From Haliotis rubra (taxonomy: Eukaryota), in assembly GCF_003918875.1 (NCBI RefSeq), contig NW_025767224.1:1984001-2048000 (forward strand): DNA of 64,000 nt. Direction: 5' to 3'. The notes below the pieces were generated by a model that made no database searches, was not told the DNA's origin, and worked only from the letters and a program-made list of their open reading frames with translations. A program made the position numbers and the translations under genes. Of the stretch, positions 35,770-48,524 are shown piece after piece (the first letter of the stretch is position 1; each line of letters begins with the position of its first letter).

Positions 35770-38384
35770 AACAGCAACAGCACACAACTTTTGTGTCTAT
35801 TTTACGGACAAGATAAACAAAATCAAAGAGGAATTCGATAATGTGGATAGTGAAACTAGCGACACAACAGATTCTACATTGCCTGGAGATCTCAGATTTA
35901 CACTTCAACCGGTCACTGTGGAAGACATTGTCAAGGTATATTGGAAAATCAAAACCCACTACATGTGCGCTGGACCCTATTCCTACAAAATTACTTATGA
36001 AGTATTTAGATGTACTTCTGCCTGTGATCACAAGGATCGTGAATATCAGTCTAGCCACTGATACATTCCCAAATATATATAAACTGACACTGATAAGACC
36101 ACACAATAAAAAGAAGACTTTAGATGTGCAATGCCTTGCAAACTACCGGCCAGTCTCAAACCTCACCTTCATGTCCAAAATTCTGGAGAGTGCTTTTGAC
36201 CTTCACCTGGCAAAGCACCTTTATGAGAACAACCTGGTGAACAAGTTCCAGTCCGCATATCGTCCGAACCATAGCACAGAGAGTGCTCTACTCAGGGTTA
36301 CGAATGATCTGCGGAGCTATGTGGACAAGGTTCCATTGGATCTCTTATCCTGCTCTATCTGTCGGCAGCCTTTGATACTGTTGACCACGGTATACTTACA
36401 GTACGACTACGACAGGAAGTGGGTATATCAGGAATACCACCTTTATGGATACGCTCATAAACTGACGAGCAAAAGAAAGTACACAGGTGTAATTGTTGTT
36501 GCAATCCCAAATATGCGTTCTAACTAATAAAATTATTGAAAAACATTGATTGTATAGAACGCAACCATCATGTTTCATTTGCCAAAAAGCAACCAAAAAC
36601 ATTTGTACGTGTTTTGCACGAATTTTTGCAAAATTGTGATTATTGTCCCATGCACTTTTCTGACAGAGAGTATAAAACCTGTTTGTCGTGAAGACTGAAC
36701 AATCACTAGACAGAAATCTCACGAGGAAATGCCAAGATTGACGTCGGCGCAACGAGAACGGGCCAAAGGAATGACACAAATGGGTGCTTTCAACAGCGAT
36801 ATTGCAAGGACATTGGGTTGAACAAGACAAACCATAATTCGGCTGTTTAACCGTTTCAGTACGACAGGCCAGACATGTGATCGACCCAGAAGTGGACGTT
36901 CCAGAGTCACAACACCCCAAGAGGATCGCTATCTGTGGGTTATTCACCTACGAAACTGGATGTTGACGGTGACGTCATCAGCAGCCACATCATTGGGTCA
37001 TCGCGTAAGCCGATTCACAGTGGCAAGACGACTTCGTCCTGCTGGCATGTATGGGCCTACTGACCGTTGCGTGGAATGGCCTTGACCTTCCAGCATCGTA
37101 GGAACCGTCTGCAGTGGTCATCACTACATCGCTGTTTATTGTTACAATGTCATTTTGCTGATAAAACACGTGTATTGCAGTGTGCTTCAACATACATTTT
37201 CCATTTCATCAAAAGGTTTTGTTATATTTATCTTATTGGAAGAAACACAACCTGTGTACTTTCTTTTGCACATCAGTTAATTTGAGCAACAGACGCCAGT
37301 CAGTTATGCTTGGTGTTACTAAATCTGAAAGTATCGCGCTACCCTGTGGGGTTCCCAAGGATCTGTGCTAGGTCCAGTCCTGTTTGTGCTGTACAGAAGT
37401 AGTCTCAGCTCCAGCCTCAGACAGTATGGGCTGAACCACCATGCATATGCTGACGACACCCAGCTATATCAAGGTTTCAAAGCAAGCGAGCAGTCGGTGC
37501 ACTTGCAAGAACTACTGATTGCACTAAATCAATAAAAACATGGATGGCGTCAAACAGATTAAAACTGAATGATGGAAAAACTGAGGCCTTACTCGGTGGA
37601 CCCAGACAGCGCATCAAACAGTTGAATATCACGTCAGTGGCTGTGGGAGACTCATTCATACCCATTCGCCGACAAAGCAAAGAACCTGGGTGTCATCTTT
37701 GATTCTCCCTTGTCAATGGAAGCCCAAGTTAATCAAGTGTGCCAGACCTGCTACTTCCATCTAAGAAGTATTGGTAATATCCGCCATCTTATTACCAAAG
37801 ACGTAACAAAGACACTAGTCCAACAACTTGTGATGTCCCGCATTGACTACAGCAACAGTCTGTTGTATGTTTTGAGTAAGGATCTGCTGAACAAACTCCA
37901 GAAGGTACAAAATAGGGCAGCTCGTATTGTGAGTCGTGCACCAAAGAGATGCCACATAACACCGGTATTGATGTCCCTACACTGGCTATCAATAGAAGCC
38001 CGGATCCACTTCAAGATCTTGTGTTTTGCCTACCACTGTTTGAATGGTACAGCACCGAGCTATCTATCAGAACTGATCTCACCATACCCGCCTTCACGAC
38101 GTCTAAGCTCTGAAAACCAATGCCTACTTGCAGTACCAAACGCAAGACTAAAATCCTACGGCAACAGATCGTTTCAAGTAGCAGCACCTCAGTTATGGAA
38201 CCCACTACCTCAGAACATTAAAGAATCCCCCACCCTTGAAACATTCAAAACCAACCTAAAAACCTTTCTCTTTAGAAAGTTCTATCCCCACGAACTATCT
38301 CCTCCCGTGAACTTCTCATCTGTGACTATTGTAGCGCCTTGAGCATGCACCTCTGTGGATGGAACCGAGCGCAATATAAATAGA

Positions 38385-38417
<33 letters not shown>
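35770..38417 (+). mobile_element. 5'-truncated CR1/L2-group LINE (RT ORF2 remnant) with (TTA)n tail, interrupted by a Tc1
   Basis: TCALDPIPTKLL, NYRPVSNLTFMSKILE, FQSAYRPNHSTESALLRV, WIRSY|LSNRRQSV, GVPQGSVLGP, HAYADDTQ, SRIDYSNSLL, HITPVLMSLHWL; frameshifts; tail 38386-38417. Confidence 0.93.
36460..37278 (+). mobile_element. Internally deleted Tc1-family element nested in the LINE
   Basis: TIR aactga..gcaaaagaaagtacacagg / cctgtgtactttcttttgc..tcagtt. Only the N-terminal HTH part (MPRLTSAQRERAKG..DRPRSGRSRVTTPQEDRY from 36729) remains; the LINE frame resumes on the other side. Confidence 0.88.
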
Positions 38418-38418
<1 letters not shown>

Positions 38419-39272
38419 ATAAGGGGTCACAGAGTCCCTGATCTCTCTGTAGTCGTACATGGTGCATAACGGGTAATAAGTTTCATTAGATTGTATTTGA
38501 CTACTAGATCTGTATTCAGTCGTTAAACAAAAGCACACATAACTTTGTAAAAAACAACAATTTAGTGTGCACATATATTTCTATTTGCTTGATACAAGAA
38601 TGGCTTTTAGCATGGTCACAGTACCATGTTCTGTTGATATAATGACAATAGTAATTGTACTATCACAAGACACGTACGCCCAGGAGAGGGGAGCTCCGAT
38701 GAGTTCTTGGCTTGGCTTCCGTTTGTGGTTATTGCTGTTCTTCATCAACGGGACCTGTGAAGATCCGGGTTAGAATCGTAAGAGGTAACTAACGGGATCG
38801 GGTGGTCAGGCTCGCTGACATGGTTGACACATGTCATTGTATCCCAATCCCAATCGATGCTCATAATGATCACTGGATTGTGTAGTCCTGACTCGATTAT
38901 TCACAGAGGTGGGATATTGTTGGGTGTGGCGTTTAAACAACAAACCAAGCAACAAACCAAACACCTTCACCAACAGACAACAGCACTGAGTCACTCGTCA
39001 TCTCTTTCGTGCGAACAATACAAGTAAGCAGTAATTGAGTTCACCGCATCAATACCAAGCTGGGATTTATTAGTTTAGTATTCAAACTAATAGGAGATTT
39101 GTCTGGTCATAGACCGTGAACTCATTTGTCATGAAACATGTGTAAAATCAATATTAACTGCAATTGTTGATTGTAACCATAACCAATGCTGGTGTAGTCG
39201 ATATCACAGTTAGTTAAGAAGGGATTGTTTTGTACTGAACAGACGAAGCTTTCAATGTTAGACAGGATCAGG

Positions 39273-42200
39273 ATGTGTCTTCTTGTAGCAGTGTTGTGTT
39301 CTTGTTTAGTGTTCAGTGTCCAAGGTGTAACAGTCAAAATGGTTCGAAGCGTTAGCTTTGACAATAGGCTTGATGAACGCTATGTCGTCACAGATCTCAC
39401 TGGACTTCCCCACATGGGAGCCTGTGCCTCCTTCTGTCACAAAGACGTTCGCTGTGTCGCCATCGCCTACAACATCCTCACCGGCAGATGTCTCCTCCAC
39501 TCCGTACACTTCTACAACATGAATATGGGTGTATCACAAGAGGGATGGAGGTACTTCAAGCTGTTTACAGGTGAGTTGAAGCTAATATGAATATACTCTG
39601 AGGTAAATCAAAACAAGGGTGGAGGTACTTCAAGCCGTTTACAGGTGAGATGAACCTAATATGAATAGAGGAGAATCACAACAAGGGCGGAGGTACCGTA
39701 CGCTGTTTACAGGTGAGTTCAACCTTACATGAAGCATTACAGTTCAGGTATATTTCTATGACTAACTAAATTTACAATTTCACTCTTAACTATAATTAGT
39801 ATCCTGCACAAAACGTTCGTGTCGATCGTCCGCCGGAACGTCAAAGGTTCAGTGCATTGAGTGTGCTCGTTTCGATGTTGCCTGGAGCAATATTTCAGTC
39901 ACAGCGTCTCAGTTGGATGTGGAAGTGATGTTGGTCTCGTTTACCATCTTGGTGAAAGCCACGATCACAAGTATGGAGTATCATATATTGCATTATATGG
40001 CAAATATTGTTCGACGACAAATATGACTTACAAAATTAATTTTATTACAGGGAATACAACACAAATTTGAAACTTATGTAATATGCTCGATTGTAATAAT
40101 TATTGCAGTAAAACAAACCGTTACGTAATGTCAGTCATGTATTGAAATGAACGACCCTGAAGCCCTCCAGGGTAAAGGTTGTATTACACATTTTCCTAAT
40201 GATCTGAAAGGGAATAATATCTTAACTTTGTACTTCACATTTACCTCAATCACTTCAAATATGAAGTAAAATTGGTGATATTATATTTCAGACAAATGTC
40301 CCAAGAATTACGTCTATAACAGAGTGGCAAAATTGTGCTTCCGACATTACCGGAGAGCCGATTACTGGACGAAATGTGTACAGAGGTGCAACGAAAGAAA
40401 TTCGTCGCTTCTGATCATTGACACGGCTGAGAAGCAAGCAGAACTAGTGAGACAAAGCATGTGTACCAAAGGTACCCAAATGTTGTGTACAAAATAACTT
40501 GCTAATAAGTGTGTACGTAGAGGCTGTGATAAACTGTAGTGCCCCTACCTGTAGTCTTTGTAGTGGCCTTTTATCACTGACACGCTTCTACATTTGTTTT
40601 CTTCCCTAATCATATACATTCGAGCGCACGTTGAAAGGTAACTCTAGTTCATACTGAGAGAAATGATAATATCTGTGTTCACACAGATCCAGGGTTACGT
40701 GTTCAAACTATAATTCCCTTCCACTGTTTCTACAACACAGTTGTTTATATCTGTCTTTATCTATGTCTGGCCCTTGTTTCTTTCCCAAATCAGAACTCAA
40801 ACAGCATTCACTATCTTTTCGTGAAACTTGGAGAAATGATTTGTGGCGTTTGCTTTTGAAGAATAATTAATCAATTATGAGTTATATTGGCAGTTTATGC
40901 ACTTTAGGTGTGGATTGCTTCATTAGGTGTAGTTTAGTTTAAGATCGCTGTAATACATATGGGCATTAATCATTGATAACAGTAGGAAAACACCAGATAA
41001 AGTTGTATATACTTTGAAAAATATATTCCGCATATTAAACTCTTCAAAAAACAAGAAACCCACAGGCCCAAATAAGAAAATGTACTGAACGTATTTAAGT
41101 GTACATAAGTCGATTAAGCTTGAACATAGATGAAGGAAATTCGACAGACGGATGGACATATGTATTGTTCCCATTGTCAGCATTAATTCTGATCACTCAC
41201 TGCACATGTGTGGACACAAGGGGGCGTTCAGGTCGGTACCTGGTGACAACATCCAATGCAGCCGTCACTGCTCGAGTTATTGGATAAGTCGTCGGATTTT
41301 TGTTTGACGAATTCTTTGCCATTGCTCCTGAAACGGATTTGCAAGTTCTGCAAGTGCCTGAGGACGTCCATAGATGTTCGATCGGGTTCAGATCAGGCGA
41401 TTTGGAAGGCCAGGGAAGGACACTGACGTTTGCATTGGCGAGATAGGAACCTGTTACACGAGTTGTGTGGGGTCGAGCGTTGTCGTGTTGAAACTGCTTC
41501 CTCTGGCGGTTAAACAGTGGGAGGAGGTCAAAATCTGTCCACCTGATCGGCGCAAAACGTTCGTGTCAACGTCGATAGACGCGTTGTCACCGATCCCGTC
41601 GTTGTAGGAGGAAACGCGATTCATCGCTGAACCAAACGCGTCGCCAGTTCCCCAGGTCCCATGCCTCTAGCCTGTTCCACCATTGGACACGTCGTTGTCG
41701 GTGTAGTCGTGTCAGGACAGGTCCAACTTCTGGTGGAAATGCTCGAATTCCCACTTCTCTCAGACGATTTCTGATGGTTTGGTCGGAAATTCTTTAAAGA
41801 CCAGGCACATGTCCTGCAGTGTCCTTTGCAGGGCAGGTGCCTGAATCGGTCCTGAGCAGGAGTGGTCACTTATGGGACGTTCTTGGGTAGAATTGAAGCA
41901 GGTATATCGATGTCATAATCGAAATATGGTGCTGTGGTGGACGTTGAAGTGTCTTGCAACGGCAGACTGGGACTCCCCTTCTTCCAAACGTCCAATGGCG
42001 ATATTTCCGTCAGTAGCATTCAATGTCAACATTTTACTTCTTCGTTAATTTCGCACTGAAATGATGAAATTGGTTAGGCCTCTTATAGTCGATGTCTCCA
42101 CTCACGCTTCCGACACATTGCACGGGCATTACGTGGAAAACTTCAGGTACTTTTCATGTATCGCTTTCATTATTTATGACAAACGTTTACAAACACATTT

Positions 42201-44437
42201 TGGGATGCGTTTGCGCGTAATACACAACAACCACAACAACATGATTCATGGGATTCAAACATATTCAACGATTGAAGACGATTGCTGTCAAAATATATAG
42301 AAATTAACTGCTGAAAAAGCCTGTGCCTTTCTAGTTTTTTGAAGCGTGTACAATGGTAGCTCTAACATATTGGACTTGGACTGAAGTTGAAATTGTCTTT
42401 ACAGATTACTTACTATTTGAGAGGAATATACAATAATACCAACGATGCCGGAAGTGTGGTCACCATGACTACGCCACCAACCAACCAATGTAACCAATCC
42501 TGTAGGGATAGCACCAGTCTCCTCCTCATACCGACAATCGGGTACCCCGGCAATTAAGCACCGAATCAAGCATCGGAATGTTCTACCATTCCTAGTGGAG
42601 TGCCAACGGCAGTTTCTACAAATTGTGAACAGAAAGATCTCTAGCTCCAACTTGACGGATAAGATAGTCCGAGTAATGTTTGATGGAGTTCTCTTTTAAA
42701 TCCGTTTAATCGAAATATTTCCTTAAAACTGACGGTTGGGACGGGAAATCAAACATCCTGACAACTACATTCCCCAACCCCAATCAGTTTCAATGAGGGG
42801 GGATGGCATCAGGAGAATGGTAAAGGGGGCGTGGTGGGCGAGTTTTCGAAGGCGCCAGGCTAGTGATCCAGCGAGATTGAGGTGCCGGGATCGAGCCCAC
42901 CAGTGACCGGGTGTAAAAGCCTTGGAGTCAACTTTGTGTGCAGACTCTTTCAGTGTTGTCACAACCCCTAGTGTACAGTACACAACCCTGTGCACTTAAA
43001 AGAACCCACGAATCCGTTGATAAATGACCAGATGGTGGCCACATAAATACGTGCCAACACCTAGTTGTGGGTACAACAACGTGCAGTAAACTTGGACAAT
43101 GTACTGTGACTATGTGTCCCAGTCCACCCAGCAGTGAATGGGTACCTCGTTAAGATGGGAAAGCCACATTAACTCGGTGCGCCTAGTGGCTGCAAGAGTT
43201 GTATGATCCCCAGGGAGTTGAGATTGATAATACGAAGTGCCGTTGAGATTGACATCCTATGATCGAGGGAAAACAAAAGTGCCTGTGAGATTATAATAAT
43301 GGTAAAGGTCAGGTGTTGTCATCCACAAATCCATAAAGACCCATAGATGGTTGTCAAAATGTGGCACGACGGCGAGATCCAGTTATCCTGTTGATATTGT
43401 TGGCCATGGAGTGTCCAAGGAACTTTAATGAGATCCAACGCGCAGTCAGACACCACCACTGATCCACCACCATAGGGCTCGGCTGCATGGGTCATCTCCT
43501 GGTAATATGCCTATTACGACCGGGATTAGAACCAGCGATCACAGGTCCTGCCTAAGGGACGCAACTCCACAGAGCGATTAAGACGAGACTGTGCCATCCG
43601 TGAAACCCTGACATTATTTAAACTGAGGTACAAAAGGAAACAACCCGCGCTGTTGTTATACCTCCAGCTGTTTGTGTATTACAACTGAGGACTGTCCAAA
43701 GGTAGATGAAAGTGTGGGTGTGGATTCAGTGTTGAAATAGAGCCTTGACTTGACTAGTACCACTGTGTATGTGGCCTTCTTATTAGAGTTCTTATCCAAT
43801 CCTTTTTAACGTTGCTTGGCAGGGCACTGACTATAAAGCTACGAGGTGCTTGCATACACTGTTGATGTAAAAAAATGGAGACTTTATAAACTTGTTAAAA
43901 ATACATGTATAGGTATCGTCAGATTACGAAATATAAGAGTCAGTATTCAAGCAAGGAGAGCAGAAGTAGGATTCACACATTGTACTCATCTAAGAATCAA
44001 ACCCAGGACTTCTGTGGTTAATAATAATGTATGCTCAAACTCTTTGGCAAAAATAGAGCTGACAGGTGCGTGCCGAGAGCGGACAATGACGAACAATTCA
44101 AGAAAGACCGATGCATCTGTCGTACCGATCAGTATCCATCTTCATCTTTGAGTTGTTATAACTGTCTGTACGTGGGGCTTTACGAGAAACGACATACAGC
44201 GCTGCCATTTTTGTTTATTTCAGTGTACAGCAACAAAACTACTGGCTTGGAGGTTACAAGGACAACGGGACATGGCGCTGGATTGACGGAAGGGAGATAA
44301 CTGAGACATTCTGGCATAGCCCCAATGTCAGTTTAAAAGATGGGAATGTGGCTATAGTACACAACATGGGTTTCCAGTGGTGGGTGCTCAGTAGTCGGAG
44401 ACACTATATATGTGAAACAGCAAATATACTGTTCTGA
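39273..44437 (+). CDS. Secreted PAN/apple + C-type lectin-like domain protein (exon 2-3 junction uncertain)
   Basis: Exon 39273-39570: signal peptide + CASFC-x5-C..YN..TGRCLL..GWRYF (PAN). Exon from 40292: CPKNYVY..LCF..YWTKCVQRC..SLLIIDTAEKQ. Last exon about 44231-44437: YWLGG..WRWIDG..FW..YICE. Donor 40446/acceptor 44230 are in phase; the alternative donor 40471/acceptor 44223 are not. Confidence 0.75.
41038..42348 (-). mobile_element. Degenerate Tc1-family transposon in the lectin-gene intron
   Basis: TIRs (a/c)ac.cttcaaaaaac.agaaa..cacaggc with TA flanks; minus-strand remnants AIGRLEEGESQSAVARHFNV, WFSDES, FQHDNARPH, WPSKSPDLNPIEHLW. Confidence 0.88.
42825..43290 (+). mobile_element. tRNA-derived SINE of a third family with a CORE-like segment
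   Basis: B-box-like gggatcgagccc; internal cccagtccacccagcagtgaatgggtacc; boundaries approximate. Confidence 0.5.
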
Positions 44438-44511
44438 GACCACGCTGCTGTATTATCAGACCTGGGCCCGTTTCACAGAACGATCGCTGCGTTATGACAG
44501 TCTGTGTTGAT

Positions 44512-44898
44512 TAGTGTTGGGAATTGGTTAAAATCTCATAATTGATGATTGGTTCATTACAACCGATCAATCATCGAAAATAATTGGTTAGCGTCATTTA
44601 TCAAATTTTCCTGGTTGTGTTTGTTTGCACAAAAACATAAAGAAAGAAACATACAGTTCTTTGGTGTGTTTTTGTTGTTGCAAATTGCACATCTTTAAAG
44701 GATGACTAGTATGTTAAGAACACAAAGTTCTTGGGCTCTTTAAGATAAATTCAATCATGACTTTGGAATGGGCTTGTAGTGCTCATGAAATGTAACACAC
44801 AAAACCAACCTTGTGAAAAGAATTGTTTGTGTTCGATTATTGGTCGTTTAGTCACTGCGACCAATCTTCGATTATTTCAATTAATCGGGCCGCCACTA
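44512..44898. mobile_element. Non-autonomous hAT-like element inserted in a Harbinger-like MITE remnant
   Basis: Termini TAGTG..CACTA with 8-bp TSD gtgttgat/gcgttgat; the host begins gggcccgtttcac at 44464. Confidence 0.65.
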
Positions 44899-45198
44899 GC
44901 GTTGATGAGCTGAGGTCCCTTACGCCTTGTGACAGCTTAGTGGAACGGACCACGTGTACCTGGGGCTCACCGTTACTTACTCGGATACGTATCGTAGGAG
45001 ATTTTCAGGAATATTCATTCTTATACCACCAAACACGTGTGGTAGCGGAAATGTAACTAAATGTTGACCCTGATTTTACTTAACATATATACACTTGTGG
45101 ACATGCGATAACATAGAAACAAAACGTACTGTAAAGTATGTGCCATATGGTGACACTACTCTCTCACCAAGTACTGTATTGTATGTACTCCCGTTGAC

Positions 45199-48100
45199 GT
45201 TGACCCTAATCACTCTTCACGTACAGTGGTAGGCGTGGCATGTGTTGACCTTCATCACTCTTCACGTACAGTGGTAGGCGTGGCATGTGTTGACCTTCAT
45301 CACTCTTCACGTACAGTGGTAGGCGTGGCATGTGTTGACCCTCACTCTTCACGTACAGTGGTAGGCGTGGCATGTGTTGACCCTAATCACTCTTCACGTA
45401 CAGTGGTAGGCGTGGCATGTGTTGACCTTCATCACTTTTCACGTACAGTCAGAGTCGTGGCATGTTTTGACCCTCATCACTGTTCACGTACAGTGGTAGG
45501 CGTGGCATGTGTTGACCGTAATCACGCTTCACTAATAGTGGTAGGGGTGGCATGTGTTGACCGTAATCACGCTTCACTAATAGTGGTAGGGGTGGCACAG
45601 TGGTAGGTGTGGCATGCTTTGAACATGTGTTGACCGTAATCACGCTTCACTAATAGTGGTAGGGGTGGCATGTGTTGACCGTAATCACGCTTCACTTATA
45701 GTGGTAGGAGAGGCATATGTTGACCCTCATCACTGTTCACGTACAGTCAGAGTCGTGGAATGTGTTGACCCTCATCACACCTCACGCACAGTGGTAGGCG
45801 TGGCATGTATTGACCTTCATCACTCTTCACGTACAGGGGTAGGCGTGGCATGTGTTGACCGTAATCACGCTTCACTTATAGTGGTAGGAGAGGCATATGT
45901 TGACCCTCATAAGTCTTCACGTATAGTCGTAGACGTGGCATGTGTTGACCCTCATCACTCTTCACGTACAGTGGTATGCTTGGCATGTGTTGACCCTCAT
46001 CACGCTTCACGTACAGTGGTAGGGGTGGCATGTGTTGACCCTCATCAGTCTTCACGTACAGTCGGAGTCGTGGCATGTGTTGACCTTCATCACTCTTCAC
46101 GTACAGTGGTAGGCGTGGCATGTGTTGACCTTCATCACTCTTCACGTACAGTGGTAGGCGTGGCATGTGTTGACCTTCATCACTCTTCACGTACAGTGGT
46201 AGGCGTGGCATGTGTTGACCTTCATCACTCTTCACGTACAGTGGTAGGCGTGGCATGTGTTGACCTTCATCACTCTTCACGTTCACGTACATGTTTGACC
46301 CTCATCACGAGTGGTAGCACGTCACAGTACAGTCGGGTCGTGGCATGTGTTGACCCTCATCACTCTTCACGTACAGTGGTAGGCGTGGCATGTGTTGACC
46401 CTCATCACTCTTCACGTACAGTGGTAGGCGTGGCATGTGTTGACCCTCATCACTCTTCACGTACAGTGGTAGGCGTGGCATGTGTTGACCCTCATCACTC
46501 TTCACGTACAGTGGTAGGCTTGGCATGTGTTGACCTTCATCACTCTTCACGTACAGTGGTAGGCGTGGCATGTGTTGACCTTCATCACTCTTCACGTACA
46601 GTGGGAGGCGTGGCATGTGTTGACCTTCATCACTCTTCACGTACAGTCGGAGTCGTGGCATGTGTTGACCTTCATCACTCTTCACGTACAGTGGTAGGCG
46701 TGGTACAGTGGTAGGCGTGGCATGTGTTGACCTTCATCACTCTTCATCACTCTTCATGCACAGTGGAGTCTTGGCATGTGTTGACCCTCATCAGTCTTCA
46801 CGTACAGTCGGAGTCGTGGCATGTGTTGACCCTCATCAGTCTTCACGTGTTGAAGTCGGAGTCGTGGCATGTGTTGACCCTCATCAGTCTTCACGCACAG
46901 TCGGAGTCGTGGCATGTGTTGACCCTCATCACTCTTCACGTACAGTCGGAGTCGTGGCATGTGTTGACCTTCATCACTCTTCATGTGCAGTCTGAGTCTT
47001 GGCATGTGTTGACCTTCATCACTCTTCACGTACAGTCGGAGTCTTGGCATGTGTTGACCTTCATCACTCTTCACGTACAGTGGTAGGCGTGGCATGTGTT
47101 GACCTTCATCACTCTTCACGTACAGTCGGAGTCTTGGCATGTGTTGACCTTCATCACTCTTCACGTACAGTCGGAGTCTTGGCATGTGTTGACCTTCATC
47201 ACTCTTCACGTACAGTGGTAGGCGTGGCATGTGTTGACCTTCATCACTCTTCACGTACAGTCGGAGTCTTGGCATGTGTTGACCCTCATCAGTCTTCACG
47301 TACAGTCGGAGTGGTAGCATGTGTTGACCCTCATCACTCTTCACGTACAGTCGGAGTCGTGGCATGTGTTGACCCTCATCAGTCTTCACGTACAGTCGGA
47401 GTCGTAGCATGTGTTGACCCTCATCACTCTTCACGTACAGTCGGAGTCGTGGCATGTGTTGACCCTCATCAGTCTTCACGTACAGTCGGAGTCGTGGCAT
47501 GTGTTGACCTTCATCAGTCTTCATGTGCAGTCTGAGTCTTGGCATGTGTTGACCCTCATCAGTCTTCACGTACAGTCGGAGTCTTGGCATGTGTTGACCT
47601 TCATCAGTCTTCATGTGCAGTCTGAGTCTTGGCATGTGTTGACCCTCATCACTCTTCATGTGCAGTCTGAGTCTTGGCATGTGTTGACCCTCATCACTCT
47701 TCACGTACAGTCGGAGTGGTGGCATGTGTTGACCCTCATCACTCTTCACGTACAGTCTGAGTCGTGGCATGTGTTGACCCTCATCACTCTTCACGTACAG
47801 TCGGAGTCGTGGCATGTGTTGACCCTCATCAGTCTTCACGTGCAGTCTGAGTCGTGGCATGTGTTGACCCTCATCAGTCTTCACGTACAGTCGGAGTCGT
47901 TGTGTGACCCTCATCACTCTTCACGCACAGTCGGAGTCGTGGCATGTGTTGACCCTCATCAGTCTTCATGTGCAGTCTGAGTCGTGGCATGTGTTGACCT
48001 TCATCACTCTTCACGTACAGTCGGAGTCTTGGCATGTGTTGACCCTCATCAGTCTTCACGTACAGTCGGAGTGGTAGCATGTGTTGACCCTCATCAGTCT

Positions 48101-48405
48101 TCACGTACAGTCGGAGTCGTGGCATGTGTTGACCTTCATCACTCTTCACGAACAGTGGTAGTAGAGGCATGTGTTGACCCTCATCACTCTTCACGAACAG
48201 TGGTAGGAGAAGCATGTGTTGACCCTCATCACTCTTCACGTTCAGTGGTAGGAGAGGCATGTGTTGGCCCTCATCACTCCTCACGTATAGTGGTAGGCCT
48301 GGCATGTGTTGACCCTCATCAGTCTTCACGTACAGTCGGAGTCGTGGCATGTGTTGACCCTCATCACTCTTCACGTGCAGTCAGAGTCGTGGCATGTGTT
48401 GACTG
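45199..48405. repeat. 45-bp minisatellite, about 70 copies
   Basis: Unit tggcatgtgttgaccctcatcactcttcacgtacagtcggagtcg, with a gtggtaggcg variant; explains the 15-aa-periodic ORFs on both strands. Confidence 0.97.
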
Positions 48406-48524
48406 TAATCAGGCAAGCAAATGAGTCAGGAACCTCATGTTACATATGTACCATCAGTGGTCATGGTTTCACCCTAGATATCCGGATTAGGCCTATTTTG
48501 GAAACTTGTTCTGTCGTTGTGTTT

